From: Camelus dromedarius
Taxonomy: Eukaryota
DNA length: 64,000 nt
Direction: 5' to 3'
Assembly (NCBI RefSeq): GCF_036321535.1
Contig: NC_087447.1
Location: 13,020,001 to 13,084,000 of the forward strand
The position numbers were made by a program, and so were the translations under genes. Every line of letters begins with the position of its first letter. The first letter of the stretch is position 1. The notes under the pieces were generated by a model. The model was given only the letters and a program-made list of their open reading frames with translations, was not told the origin of the DNA and ran no database searches. Of the stretch, positions 14,257-27,204 are shown piece by piece.

Positions 14257-14904
14257 ATATTCATATTAGGCATTTTTTTACACACGTACACCCACACACA
14301 CATAGTGGTTTCTGTTTCATTAAAATTATACAATATGCTAATGAGAAATATACTTTTCTCAAATTCTTAAATATAGTAGTATTTGCATTAAATTCCCATC
14401 TTAAGTATACTGCTGTTCCCCACAAATGTCCTACTTCATTATGTGTCCAGAATTTACAGATGGTACTTCTAAGTGAAAACATTTCTAAGTTTTTTATTAT
14501 GCTCATTTTTTTCAGTTTTTACTCAAATGTTTTTTCAATTACACTAAGACTTATTGTGTATTTTTGAGTGACCTTTGAGCATTTAGGTCCTTTATGTACC
14601 ACAATGCATCTTGTAGTTTCTATACTAATGAATAAAAGCTAGTATTAGTAATGTATTAACCAGACATTCAAGTAATTCATAACAAGCCTCAAATTCATCA
14701 TGTAATAAACAATTGAGGGCTATACATCCAAAACAAAATACCCAAAACTAGTGTAAAAGGAAGGCATATTTGGATAGAGAATTTCAATCTCAAATCTAAA
14801 AGAGATTCAAGTAGAGAGAAGAAAGGATACCAGGCAGAAGGTCTGACAACTAGACAAGACTTGAGTTGGACAAGACCATGTCTTAAAGGTAAAGATGTCC
14901 TGTT

Positions 14905-15390
14905 TGCCATGACAAGGAAGAACTGTGAGGGCAATATGTTAAGTGAACTAATTCATACAGAGAAAGACAAGTGCTGTATTCTCACATATTTGTAGAATCC
15001 AAAAAGGTCAAACTCATAGAAACAAAGAGTAGATTGGTGGTTGCTAGGGGCTTAACTATGGGGGAAATGGGTGATTTTGATCAAAGTGTACAAGCTTTCT
15101 CTCATTTTATGAGTAAGTTATGAGGACCTAATATACATCCGTGCCTCTAGTTAACAATGCTGTATTCTACACTTGAAATTTGCTGAGAGAGCAGATCTCA
15201 ACTGTCCACACCATGCACACATTAAAAGTGCTACCTCTGTGAGGTGATGAATGTATTAACTAACCTTATTGGGGTAATCATTTCACTATATAAACATATA
15301 TAACATCATCGCATTGTATACTTTATAATTTTACATGCTACTTGCCAATTATATTTGAATAAAGCTAGACAAAAAAGAAGAAGAAAAGAA
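14905..15390 (+). mobile_element. L1MA9/10-type 3' end, unit 2 copy
   Basis: Paralog of 5490-5880. Confidence 0.7.
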
Positions 15391-15783
15391 GTCTAAAGGT
15401 TAGATTATACAGAACAATGAAACGAGCCTTGGTAAATTACAGCATTGTGCTGTCATCATCAACTATCAGTTCTTCTGTCATTTTCTTCAAGATAATTTTC
15501 TTCCCTTCTTCCTCATCCTCAGCCCTGGTAAAATGCTCCTCTTTGTCTCTTTGTGGCTCACAAATACTCATCTACATAAAGCACTATTTTATATCACCCT
15601 GTTTGTGAGAATTCTTTGCTAAAGGGTTGAGCTTTCCATCCTTTTATCCAAAGCATTGCATGTTGTCTGGGATACAATGGGAAGATAAACAAATGCATAA
15701 TAAACTAAAAATACCAGATAATATTTTTGAGTGTTAATTTTTTTGAGTGTTAATCTTAGTAACTTAAAATTAACTGAGCATTT

Positions 15784-15927
15784 NNNNNNNNNNNNNNNNN
15801 NNNNNNNNNNNNNNNNNNNNNNNNNNNNNNNNNNNNNNNNNNNNNNNNNNNNNNNNNNNNNNNNNNNNNNNNNNNNNNNNNNNNNNNNNNNNNNNNNNNN
15901 NNNNNNNNNNNNNNNNNNNNNNNNNNN
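15784..15927. other. Assembly gap (144 N)
   Basis: Run of N. Confidence 1.
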
Positions 15928-17879
15928 ATTCACTTACACAACAGTTTCTTGGAAGGCACATAAAATTGTTATGGACACTAAGATAGTGGATCTATAAAGA
16001 CATGCATATTAATTACTCTAAAAGTAAAAGCTATAAATTCTTGATATCTATTTCATCTGCCTTTGATCTTGTTCCCTGAAGGCTAAAGCATTGAATCAGT
16101 TTGCTGAGAAAGTGTGGTATGGCCATATATTTGAAATACCATTAAGGATTGAAGGATACTCTTAATTAAAAATTAAGAGCCACTGATGGTCTTAAGTGTT
16201 CTAGCTACCATTATAAGATGCCCTTATGTGAAAATATTTCAGAATGGAAGTAAACCTACAAACTTCCTCTGTTATTCAAGGTGGTACTTGTGAAGCACTG
16301 TAGCATGTTAGGAAAAGTTCTCACAGTAGAGAAAAAAAAAAACTTGCAGAGAATTCTTGTTTTAGATAACAGGTTTAAAGATTTCTACTCCTATTCTATT
16401 CCTAGAATTTTTTATCAATTCACCCAAACTTTGTATTGTTGCATATGATCAGCAGAAAACAGTGGCTAAAATATATCAAAGTTAGGCAAAAGAGGGTGTC
16501 AGTGGATTGCCATGAATTAAGAGATTAATAAACACATTGTCTAATTAATCCATTGATGTGTGTATGATAGATACTTATTTCAACATCTAAAGACTGAGTT
16601 GATAAAAATATTGGCTCATTTTATTGGATCTGGTGGATGTGCTATAACAAAAGGAAATTTAATCTCATTAAATTGAAGACCAAAAATCAAACTGACTGAT
16701 TTAGTTAATTGTAGGCTTCCTCTCATAGAATGGGAGAGGTTTAATGAGAAATTATGGAATTTTTTATGGAATTCATAACTTAGAAGTTTGGGCAATGTTG
16801 CAGTGTTGCATAATGACTATTCTTTCTTGACATTCTACAGAAAAGGGGAACACTACATCAAAGGACTTCAGTGTATTTTAGCCTGTCTACTTCAATCTTC
16901 TTCATTCTTTTCCCTTTTAGTCTCTTCATATCACATCCCTCTCACATATCCACCAGTAATGGATGGAAAACTTCCTTGTCCAAATACAGATTTATCAATG
17001 ACAGTGTGTAGTGAGTTAACACTATAGTCAAATTCCTATATCTTGACCTCCTCCTTCATCCCTGCCACTGAGATACTTAAGCATAAATATGGCAAAACAA
17101 TGTTAGATTTGGGTACATGTCCAACACAGAGGACAGACAGATATATACTGGTCATAGGCTGTGTAAGTGCATTCGTTATAGATAGAACAGTAATGGTATT
17201 CAATAACCCAGTAAATAGGAAGTTCTGTGTTAAAGCCAGCAGCAGCGTTTTTTCATCTCCCTGGACATCTGTCTCTTTAGAACCATGCTGTGAACCAGGT
17301 AGCACGGCCACTCTAAATTTAACTCAGCACTCTTCCTTTCTATCCCTCAGACCCCACTATGTGAACAGGACTCCAATTAGATAACTCTAATCTAGTTCCT
17401 TCCAGCTGATACACTCTCTCCCTATAAAATATGACAGCTGCCATGTAAATCCATCCCTAGTGTTGGACAGGATTATGACTCATCTACAGAATGGTGAAAT
17501 ATAAACAATTTAAATATCAACTAATGGTGAAGACGTGGAACAATTGTGGCTTTTACATTGACAGTAGAATGAAAATTGGTGAAACTCCATGGCTCAGTCT
17601 ACTATAGCTGGACATATAAATGCCCTTTGATCCCAAAATACCATTCTGGCTAGAGCCGGGTTCTGACTAAACAAAATGTAACCCAAGCCCAGAGGATGTC
17701 TGCATCCCAGAAGACAGGCTGCTCCCCAAGGCCACATAGACTAACATCCCTTCAATCTACCTCCACTCAAAAGTTTGAACCTGTCGTGTATATGGATTTA
17801 AGATTTCAAATAGTTTCTTCACATATATATATTTGTGTTTCTATTTATAAACACAAATATATGTGTAAATATTTCTCCC

Positions 17880-18071
17880 CTGATGTATTTACATGGTAGC
17901 TCATGGCTTTCAGAGACTCTCTTCTTAAAGAAAAGACTCAGAAGTGATATTTTGCCAATTTCATTTGATCAAGCAATTTAAGTACTACAAAAATTCAAAG
18001 GGAAGATGTATAGGTACTTTATTTCTAAGGAAAATATGTAAAAACCTGTATAGCCATCTTTAATCTGCCCA
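17880..18071 (-). mobile_element. MLT1-type LTR, partial unit 3 copy
   Basis: Paralog of the 3' part of 209-662. Confidence 0.45.
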
Positions 18072-18418
18072 AACTATCATCAGTCCATTAGAAAACTCTG
18101 TAATTTCTAATTCCAGATTATTTTATTAGTAATTTTAAAATATTTTAACTAAATATATGAGTTGTGTTGTAATCTCGTTTTATTTTTGGTGTAGTCATAC
18201 CTACCAAAGCAATCAAATTAAGCAGGACTTAAGCAACACACATGGGAACGGAGAGTAACAGACATTTTAATCCTTCAGGTTATTGTGAAAGTAGAGTTTG
18301 TTCTGGGACCTTGGGAAATGGGCCAATCACATCAGATGCTAAGATGGTAGACCAAAGTTCAAAGAGTGTGGAGAATTCCATTGCTATCTGTTGGGGAGGA
18401 TTTAGGGAGGACATGAAA

Positions 18419-19102
18419 TCTAATGGTACAGCCACCAAGGAAAACAGTATGGAGTTTCCTCAAAAAATTAAAAATACAACTACTATATGGTCCAGCAATT
18501 CTACTCCTTGATACATACCTGAAGCATATGAAAACAATAATTCCAAAAGATATACGCACTCCAATGCTCATAGAGCATTATTTGCAATAGCTGAAATATG
18601 GAATCAACCTATGTGTTCATAACAGATGAATAGATAAAGAAGAGGTGGTATATGTATGCAATGGAATGTTACTCAGCCCTACAAAAGATTGAAGTTTGCC
18701 ATTTACAATGACATGAATGGCCCTGGAGAGTATTATGCTTAGTGAAATAAGTTACACTGAGAAAGACAAATACTTTATACTTTCACCTATATGTGGAATC
18801 TAAGAAATAACACAAATGAATAAATATAAAGGAACAAAAATAGCCTCACAGATAGAACAAACTAGTGGTTGCCAGTGATGGGAATGGTGGGGGAGAGGCA
18901 AGACTAAAGGGGACTAAGGGGTACAAAATAATAAGTATAAACTAAGTAAGATGCAAGGATGTAATACATGACACAGGGTTATAGCCAATATTTTATAGTA
19001 AGTTTATACTGAGTATAATCTCTAAAAATATAGAATCATTAATCTGTACACCTGTAACTAGTATAATACTGTAATTCAATTATACTTCAATGAAAAAAGA
19101 AA
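18419..19102 (+). mobile_element. LINE-1 ORF2 end and 3'UTR (L1MA9/artiodactyl-type), specific to unit 3
   Basis: ggaaaacagtatggagtttcctcaaaaaatt...tgcttagtgaaataag...ttatacttcaatgaaaaaag; empty site in units 1 and 2. Confidence 0.85.
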
Positions 19103-19604
19103 CTTCTGGTATTTCTCAATGTACAAATTTTGTGCTGATAATAGCAAACACATTATTTTAAGAAAATAAAAATCAAACTCTGCTTATTTAGAAAAATCAT
19201 CAAAAATACAAAAAATTTTAAATGAAGCATCCTTGCACATATGAACAATAGCATTAGGAAAATTCCCAAACCCAGTGCATTTCTATTCTTTGTACATCAT
19301 TCCCCACTTTAATAGACAGAAATACTTAGTAACTATCTAGAAAGTGATTATCTTTGCAAATTCTTCTATTAGCAATTTTAGGAAATACAAAAAAAGGTAC
19401 AGAACTTTTTCCTAAAGTCTTAAATGTAGTAGACACATTCTTAGAGAAATAAAATAAACATAATGGAGAAACAGTGCACTGTGTAAAGAATGTGGTGAAG
19501 TCACAATTTCAGTGAAATGTCTCTGGCTGATACATGGACGGGGAACGAGAACAAGACAATGCTTGGTGATGAAGGCTGCCCTGGAAGGTAGCATTAACGG
19601 GAAT

Positions 19605-20095
19605 GTTACAGCATCATTATTCACAACAGCTAGAAAGTAGAAACAACCCAGTGTTCATCCAAATGAAGAGTGGATCCACAAAATGTGCTATATCCACAAA
19701 ATAAAATATTATTCAGCCATATAATGAAACAGAATTCTAACACATGCAACAACATGGATGAACCTTTAACACATTTTACTGAAGAAAAAAAGCCTGGCAG
19801 GAAAAACTCATATTGCATGGTTCTGTTTATATGAGATGTCCAGAAGAGGAAATCACACAGAATCCAGAAGCAAATTAGTGGTTGCCAGGGCTGGATGGGG
19901 GGGAGGAGGTTGGGCGTTGGAGGGAGAGCTGACAGGCAGTAAGTATGGGTTTCTTACTGGAGTGATAAAAATGTTCTGGAATTAGACAGTGGTAATGGCT
20001 GAACAACCTTGAAAATACATTAAAATCCAAAGTAATGTATACATTAAAAGGGTGAGTTTTATGGTATATGTATTGTATTTCAATAAAAAAGAAAA
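19605..20095 (+). mobile_element. L1MB-type 3' end, unit 3 copy
   Basis: Paralog of 1514-1975. Confidence 0.75.
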
Positions 20096-20184
20096 TATGA
20101 TCAAAAGGATACTAATGTTCCTAAATAAGGGAGTGAAGGAGAATGTTTCAAAGACACAATGAACAAGGGGTAGGAGTGGGAAAT

Positions 20185-20743
20185 TGTTCCCCCAACAGGT
20201 AAAGAGCAAAGACTCCAATTCTTGTCATACCTGAAAGATAAAATTACAATCGGGTGACAATGTGTTGTGTAGCAGAAGATTTTAAAAGATTTATTTAGGA
20301 AAGAAAAAAGTGCACCTCCAAGAATGGGAGGCGGGCTGTCTCAAGGGAGGAAGAGCGGAGGGTTTTGTCTCCCCTTCCTCTTATACCCTCGGTTAGAGGT
20401 GGTCTTTTGATTGGTTGATGGCTCTTGTCCCTGGAGTGCTTAGTCATGTTTGGCCCCCTTTGCACACGTCCTTACTCATGGTGCACACAGAAGACCCCAT
20501 GGTGGGGGGGATGCTAAACTGCAGTGTTAATTGAAATACACTGAGCATTGGGTCAAGTCTAGTTAAGTCCTTTCTGCTACTGCACAGTCATGGCTGTCAG
20601 ATTCTAACCAATTCCTTGCTGGCACTCATTTAGAAGAAGTAAAGTCCATTTATGCTGGAGATGGGCATAATGTCATCTTCTGGACCCTCTTCCCTCTCCT
20701 CCACTTGTACACCCAGTGCCCCCACTTATCTAACTACCTAAAA
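20185..20743 (-). mobile_element. Solo ERV1-type LTR with 4-bp TSD (AAAT)
   Basis: TGT start and ctaactaccta end; AAAT at 20181-20184 and 20744-20747; AATAAA, TATAAG and CCAAT on the minus strand; empty site in unit 1. Confidence 0.8.
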
Positions 20744-20924
20744 AAATGATTAAAGAGGGATCTATTTGAGTTTCATTAGATTTCCTCTGACTTGGGCAGA
20801 GAGTTTCAAGGTCACTGTGAAACATACCATTAAAATAATCTGCAGTTTTCTTCCCACTGGAGATCAATTTGGTGATAATAATGAAGCCATGTAAGCTCAC
20901 CCCTTCCTAAAGTTGCTTCTCAAT

Positions 20925-21084
20925 TCACAGGGGAAGATAGAAAAGCAGAAACATAATTAATGATGTTTTGCATAACATGAATGCCTATGAGCAGTAGCAG
21001 AGATTTAAACCCCAATGTACCTGGTAAAATAAAAGACCATCCGCTATTGCTCAGCTACCCAAGACTTTCTCATCTCAGGTAGGC
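20925..21084 (+). promoter_or_regulatory. OR promoter module and first non-coding exon of gene 3
   Basis: TCACAGGGGA 20925-20934, TAATTA 20954-20959, donor CAG|GTAGG at 21079. Confidence 0.6.
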
Positions 21085-21117
21085 TTCAAGGTCCTAATTT
21101 AAAGAATATAAGTCAAA

Positions 21118-21392
21118 TAGAATACTAACCTGTGGTTGCCAAGGGGGAGGGGGGTGGGAAGGGACAGACTGGGAGTTCAAAATTTGTAGATACTGACAGG
21201 CATATGTAGAGTAGATAAACAAGATTATACTGTAGAGCACAGGGAAATATACACAAGATCTTGTGGTAGCTTACAGTGAAAAAGAATGTGACAATGAATA
21301 TATATGTATATTCAAGTAAAACCGAAAAATTGTGCTCTACACTGGAAATTGGCACAACATTGTAAACTGACTATAACTCAATTAAAAAAAAA
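21118..21392 (+). mobile_element. Young camelid L1 3' end
   Basis: tgtggttgccaagggggag...cacagggaaatatacacaagatcttgtggtagc...ctataactcaattaaaaaaa. Confidence 0.9.
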
Positions 21393-21748
21393 ACTGTCAA
21401 AGTCACTAAAAACAAGGAAAGTTTGAGAAACTGTCACAGTGAACAGGAGCCTAAGGAGGCATGATTCCTAAATGTAATGTGGTGTCCTGGATGAGATCTT
21501 GGACTAAAAAAGAGAAAAGGTAAAAACTAACGAAATCTAAATTAAGTATGGGCTTTAGTTAATGATAATGAGTTAATATTAGTTCATTAATTGCAATAAT
21601 ATGTCATACTAATGTAAGAGGTTAATAATAGGAGACACTGGGTATGGGGTATATGTCAACCTCTGTAATATTCTTCTATATTTTTTGCAAATCTAAAACT
21701 GTTCTAATAAATAAAGTTTATTTTAAAATATCACACACACACAAAAAT
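21393..21748 (+). mobile_element. L1MC1-type 3' end (probably transduced with the preceding L1)
   Basis: aacaaggaaagtttgagaaactgtcacag...aaatctaaaactgttctaataaataaagtttatt; lies inside the TATAAGTCAAA TSD. Confidence 0.75.
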
Positions 21749-23052
21749 TATAAGTCAAAAAAACTTACCTTTTTGGGGAAAAAAGAAATTTGTAAATAAA
21801 ATATTTTATGTCTGTTTATTTAGTTAAATAAGCTCTGTAATTTCATGCCCAGAAATAATATTTTCTTCTCAGAACTGGAAGAACCTGTCTGCCCTTGGTG
21901 GTATCCATGACACAACTTTTACGTTCATTTATTTTGATGTTGGTTCACAGGAAAGACTTCACTCCTTTGATCATTAGAGAAGTAGACATGCAAATTTAAG
22001 GGGTTTCCTTGTTTGGTTTTATTTAAAAGATAATGTAGGTACCACATTAAAAATTAAAATGTGCAAATTCATCTTCATGGTCACGTTTACTTGCAAAGAA
22101 AAAGTTTCTTAACCACATTCTATTCTCATGTACACCTGAAACATATTGTAAATATGCAGACACATGACACACACACGACACACACATGCACAAGGGAGAG
22201 AGACCACGTATGTCAGAAGCACTCGTTCCTCTTCATCCTGCTCCAGTTTTTTAATATAAAACTCCATTTAAAATCCAAAGAGATGCAGACACATGTATTA
22301 AATCCTGTTGTTTTCACTTCCTTTTAGTATTTTGCTCTGGCTGTTCGAGACCCCTCCTTTGGCACCAGATACTCTACAAACAGGTAATGAATAGTGTGGC
22401 AAAGCCATAATAAATTTCTAGAGAAAGGTCGATGTTACTTATTCCATGTCTCACTAAATCCTAAACAGCAGGATCGATAACATAATTGTTTTCATTGTTA
22501 TTAGTGTGTGATATGCCAATAGATTCTAAGACTAATACACAAATATTTCAAATCATGTTTTTTTGAGGAACACAATAATTGGCATCATTTTTTTCTGTAC
22601 CCATGGAATTTTTTCAAGCGTAGAAAATATTTGGTCCTATATCTTACATAGCCTGGTGTCTCTAACACTGATGTTTCTTGCACACTGTTCTGAAGATGTA
22701 ATGAGATGTCAATTTACCCACGTGTCTTTCTTGACACAAGAAAGGTAAAGCTCAGGTAAGTCAAAGAGCTTGTAGAAAGTAACACAGCTCATGAAGAGCA
22801 TCTGGATTTAGACGGAAGTCTAAAGTCTCGCACGATCCATCCCAAATAGTTTTTATTACCTTTGTGTAGATAGCAATGCTTCTTGCAGAAGTGATTATTG
22901 ACCAAGTACTTTTCTGAGTTTAAAAAGAAAATGGCAGAAGTGAACCGTGTTCTTCCTTACAGGTGCTGCATGGATGTACAGACATGTTATACGTGTGTGT
23001 GCCATTGTCTTGATCATTTCCTCAAAAGTTGAGACAGGAACACTTTAGAAGA

Positions 23053-23985
23053 ATGGAAAGAGGAAACTGCTCCTCCTTCACTGAATTCATATTTTTGGGA
23101 ATTACTGACAACCCTGGGATTAAAATGACCCTTTGTGTCACGTTCTTTGCTGTGTATCTCATTAGTCTCCTGGCCAATCTTGGAATGATCACCCTAATTA
23201 GACTGGATTCCCAGCTGCACACACCCATGTACTTTTTCCTCAGCCACCTCTCTTTCTGTGACCTCGGCTATTCCACAGCAATTGGCCCCAAGATGCTGGT
23301 AGATCTTTTAGCCAAGAACAAATCCATCCCCTTCCTTGGCTGTGCTCTGCAGTTCTTGGTCTCCTGTACCTTTGCAGATTCTGAGTGTCTCCTGCTGGCA
23401 GTGATGGCCTATGACCGGTACAAGGCCATCAGCAACCCCCTGCTCTACACAGTCAGCATGTCCAGCAGAGTGTGCTCCCTGCTCGTGGCGGGGGTGTACC
23501 TGGTGGGGATGGCGGATGCTTTGATACACACGACATTAGCCTTCTGCTTATGTTTCTGTGGGTCCAATGAGATTAACCATTTCTTCTGTGATGTTCCTCC
23601 TCTCCTATTGCTATCTTGCTCAGATACACACGTCAATGAGTTAGTGATATTCACCATTTTTGGCTTCATTGAACTGAGCACTATTTCAGGAGTCCTTGCC
23701 TCTTACTGTTATATTATCCTATCAGTGTTGAAGATCCACTCTGCTGAGGGGAGGCGCAAAGCTTTCTGCACCTGCACCTCCCACCTAACTGCTGTGGCCA
23801 TTTTCCAGGGGACTCTGCTCTTCACGTATTTCCGGCCGAGCTCTTCCTACTCTCTGGATCAAGACAAAATGAGCTCACTCTTTTACACCCTTGTGATTCC
23901 CATGTTAAACCCTCTGATTTACAGCCTACAGAACAAGGATGTGAAAAAGGCCCTTGAAAAATTGAAAATTAAATTGAGAAATTGA
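23053..23985 (+). CDS. OR5W2: Olfactory receptor OR5W2-like, gene 3, 310 aa, intact with altered C-terminal tail
   Basis: ATG at 23053 aligns with the paralog starts (the track's 23029 start is TTG). All OR motifs are present; SLQNKD replaces SLRNKD. Confidence 0.93.
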   Translation: MERGNCSSFTEFIFLGITDNPGIKMTLCVTFFAVYLISLLANLGMITLIRLDSQLHTPMYFFLSHLSFCDLGYSTAIGPKMLVDLLAKNKSIPFLGCALQFLVSCTFADSECLLLAVMAYDRYKAISNPLLYTVSMSSRVCSLLVAGVYLVGMADALIHTTLAFCLCFCGSNEINHFFCDVPPLLLLSCSDTHVNELVIFTIFGFIELSTISGVLASYCYIILSVLKIHSAEGRRKAFCTCTSHLTAVAIFQGTLLFTYFRPSSSYSLDQDKMSSLFYTLVIPMLNPLIYSLQNKDVKKALEKLKIKLRN

Positions 23986-24400
23986 AAAATGAACGATGGT
24001 TTTTAATATTTATGTTATACATATACACATATATAACAATTTTTATAAAATTATATAATACATGAGAAACATGATTTTCTCAGTAGCAATACTAAAGCTC
24101 CGTCATAAGAAAATGTTTCAGTTTCTCAAACTTATGCTTCATTATGTGCCTTGAACTTATCTATGAAACTCCCTCTTCCTGTACAACTTCCTGACTCTTC
24201 TAATTTTGTCATATTTTATTTGTTAATGTGTTCATTCAAACATTATCATTTCACATATATTAAGGTTTGTGAGTGTTCACTTTTTTTTTTGCATTTAAGT
24301 GCTTTGCATTTCATGAAGAATCCAGTAGTTTGTGCACTAGTGAATCCTAAAGCCTAGAGGAATAAACAAACATTGATTAGGCAGACAAATAATTCCTAAT

Positions 24401-24709
24401 AAGAAAAAAAAAAAAAACAGAAATACAAAACAGGAACAGACTCATAGACATAGAATACAAACTTGTGGTTGCCAAGGGGGCGGGAGGTGGGTAGCGACAG
24501 ACTGAGATTTCAAAATGCAAAATAGAGAAACAAGATTATACTGTATAGTACAGGGAAATATATACAAGATCTTGTGGTAGCTCACAGCAAAAAAGAATGT
24601 GACAATGAATATATGCATGTTCATGTATAACTGAAAAATTGTGCTCTACACTGGAATTTGACACAACATTGTAAAATGACTATAACTCAATAAAAAATGT
24701 AAACAAAAA
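24401..24709 (+). mobile_element. Young camelid L1 3' end
   Basis: acagactcatagacatagaatacaaacttgtggttgcc...ctcaataaaaaatgt; possible TSD aa(t/g)tcctaat. Confidence 0.88.
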
Positions 24710-25211
24710 AAGTCCTAATGAGGTTCAAAACTCCCATTTAGTGAAAAAGGACTTCAGGTTAAAAATCTAGAAACAAATGTCAAAATCTAGTGTGCAGAAA
24801 AAAAGGCTTTTTTGGATAGAAGTATTTACTCTCAGATCTAAGAAGTGTTAAGATGGGGAAGTAAAGGATTCTAGGCAGATGGTCTGACAGTTACAGAGGT
24901 CTTGAGGGGAACAGTTTTATACCTTTTTAGAATTAAGAAATTCAACATGGATAGGTGATAGTAACATAAAGTGCCTTGGCGAATTACATCATTTGCTGGA
25001 ATTATTAGCTATCAATGCCTCCCTCTTCTCAGCTCTGATTAAATGTCCCTGTTTTGGGCTCACATAGAACCATCTTCTTCAGTCATTCTTTTTCATGTAA
25101 CCTTGTTTATTACATCATTGCCTACAATATGAGACTGTGAGCAATCTTTGCTCAAGGACTGAAAATTCCATTCCTATTATCCCAAACACTTACGTAGTCT
25201 GGGACAAAAAA

Positions 25212-25631
25212 NNNNNNNNNNNNNNNNNNNNNNNNNNNNNNNNNNNNNNNNNNNNNNNNNNNNNNNNNNNNNNNNNNNNNNNNNNNNNNNNNNNNNNNNN
25301 NNNNNNNNNNNNNNNNNNNNNNNNNNNNNNNNNNNNNNNNNNNNNNNNNNNNNNNNNNNNNNNNNNNNNNNNNNNNNNNNNNNNNNNNNNNNNNNNNNNN
25401 NNNNNNNNNNNNNNNNNNNNNNNNNNNNNNNNNNNNNNNNNNNNNNNNNNNNNNNNNNNNNNNNNNNNNNNNNNNNNNNNNNNNNNNNNNNNNNNNNNNN
25501 NNNNNNNNNNNNNNNNNNNNNNNNNNNNNNNNNNNNNNNNNNNNNNNNNNNNNNNNNNNNNNNNNNNNNNNNNNNNNNNNNNNNNNNNNNNNNNNNNNNN
25601 NNNNNNNNNNNNNNNNNNNNNNNNNNNNNNN
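25212..25631. other. Assembly gap (420 N)
   Basis: Run of N. Confidence 1.
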
Positions 25632-26619
25632 TTTGAGGTTTTTAGACATCAGTCACTAACAAAAATTAACTGAAGGTATGGTATGTGGCTTGAATATATA
25701 TACTTTATAAATTTTAAGAAAGAACATAAAATTGTTGTGGCTAGTAAGATATTGATCTACAAAGACATACGTATTACTCTAAAGTAAAGAGCACTGATCT
25801 GTATGCATTCTTAATATTTACCTATTTCATGTGTCTCTGCTCTGGATTCTGCTGTTTAAACCACTGGACCAGCGTGCCGAGACAACACAGATATGGCCAT
25901 ATATTTTAAAGACCGTGTAAAACTTGTATAATTACTCATTACAATCATAGAAGTTAAAAGCCACTACATATAGATTTTCTGGCTGTCATTGTAAAATGCC
26001 TTTGTGCAAAAACATTTCAGGATAGAATTAAAGCCCAAGAAGATTCTCTGGCTTTCAATGGGGCATTTGTGGGACGCTGTGACCTCACACATAGTATCAC
26101 GTTGGAAAAAGACCTATGAAGTATTTTTTTAATAAAAGGTTTTAGAGGTTTTCACTTGTGCTGTTTTCTCACTTCACACAGGGTAACATGGTGGAAACAT
26201 TGCAGAAAATATTTTTTTTTTTAAATACGTTGTCCAAGAAAAATGGGGGATCAGCAGATTGCTGCTAGTTCAGAGGATATAAACACGTAATCTGATTACA
26301 TCTCTCCTCCTTTTGATCGCTATATATTATAGCATCTAAAAACTGACTTGATCTACATGTTGGCTGTGTTATGAAATCTAGTAGATGTGAACTAAAAGCA
26401 AGGAAATTTTAAACCCTATAAATAAAATTTCAAAAATAGAATTGACTGATTCAGTTTATTTTGGGCCTCCCACCCCGATTCACCAAGCACCCCCTGAAAG
26501 GAGCTGATAAACATAGACGCACCCCAGCTTTTGAGGCTGCCCTGAGGGATGTGTCCCCAGATCATCTGACTCTGATAGCCAGCGGGACTTCCACTCAGGA
26601 ACGCCACAGAAGGTTGAAA

Positions 26620-26910
26620 GCATGTCAAGCCCCTTTTCCAACCACAATGGAATAAACTAGAAAACAGAGGAGTAAACTGGAAAAATTCACAAATATGTGG
26701 AGGTTAAACAACATGTCCCTGATTAACCAATAGGTCAGAGAACAAATCAGAAGAGAATTCAAAAGCGATCTTGAGGCAAATAAAAGTAGAATCATGGCGT
26801 ACCAAACAACAGGGGATGGAACAAAAGCAGCTCTAAGAAGGTTTACAGTGAGAAACGCTTACATAATGGGAAAAAAATCAGATAACTTTATACTTCAAGG
26901 GACTAGAAAA
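26620..26910 (+). mobile_element. L1 ORF2 (endonuclease-adjacent) fragment
   Basis: Encodes degenerate NHNGIKLE...GKFTNMWRLNNM...NQ...REFK...LEAN, a recognisable L1 ORF2p segment. Confidence 0.75.
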
Positions 26911-26971
26911 TACTAGTCCAGCATGTAAATAATAATTATGTGGTAAAGCAGTTATATATCCCTAGAAAAAA

Positions 26972-27204
26972 TGTGTATATATATTTACTGAAGTGTGGCC
27001 AGTCCACAATGCTGCGTCAAGTTCTGGTGTATGGCACAATGCTTCAGTCATGTAGGAACATACATATATTCATTTTCATATTTATTTTTCACTGTAAGTT
27101 ACTACAAGACACTGAATATAGTTCCCCGTGCTATACAGTATAAACTTGTTGTTTATCTATCTTATGTATATTAGTTAGTATCTGCAAATCTCGAGCTCTC
27201 AATT
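26972..27204 (-). mobile_element. Camelid/artiodactyl L1 3' end with 15-bp TSD
   Basis: TSD tatccctagaaaaaa at 26957-26971 and 27205-27219. Confidence 0.85.

Larger units (their letters stand above)
1..26460 (+). repeat. Tandem segmental triplication of an 8-10 kb OR5W2 duplicon (units approx 1-9900, 9900-17800, 17800-26460)
   Basis: Collinear shared MLT1, L1MB, promoter, CDS and downstream blocks. CDS offsets are 9427 and 9729 bp. Confidence 0.9.

Noticed and set aside
23029-23052. 8-aa N-terminal extension of gene 3 in the ORF track
   Set aside because: It starts at TTG; the ATG at 23053 matches all paralogs.
15619-25673. Long ORFs spanning the N gaps
   Set aside because: Artefacts of translating N.
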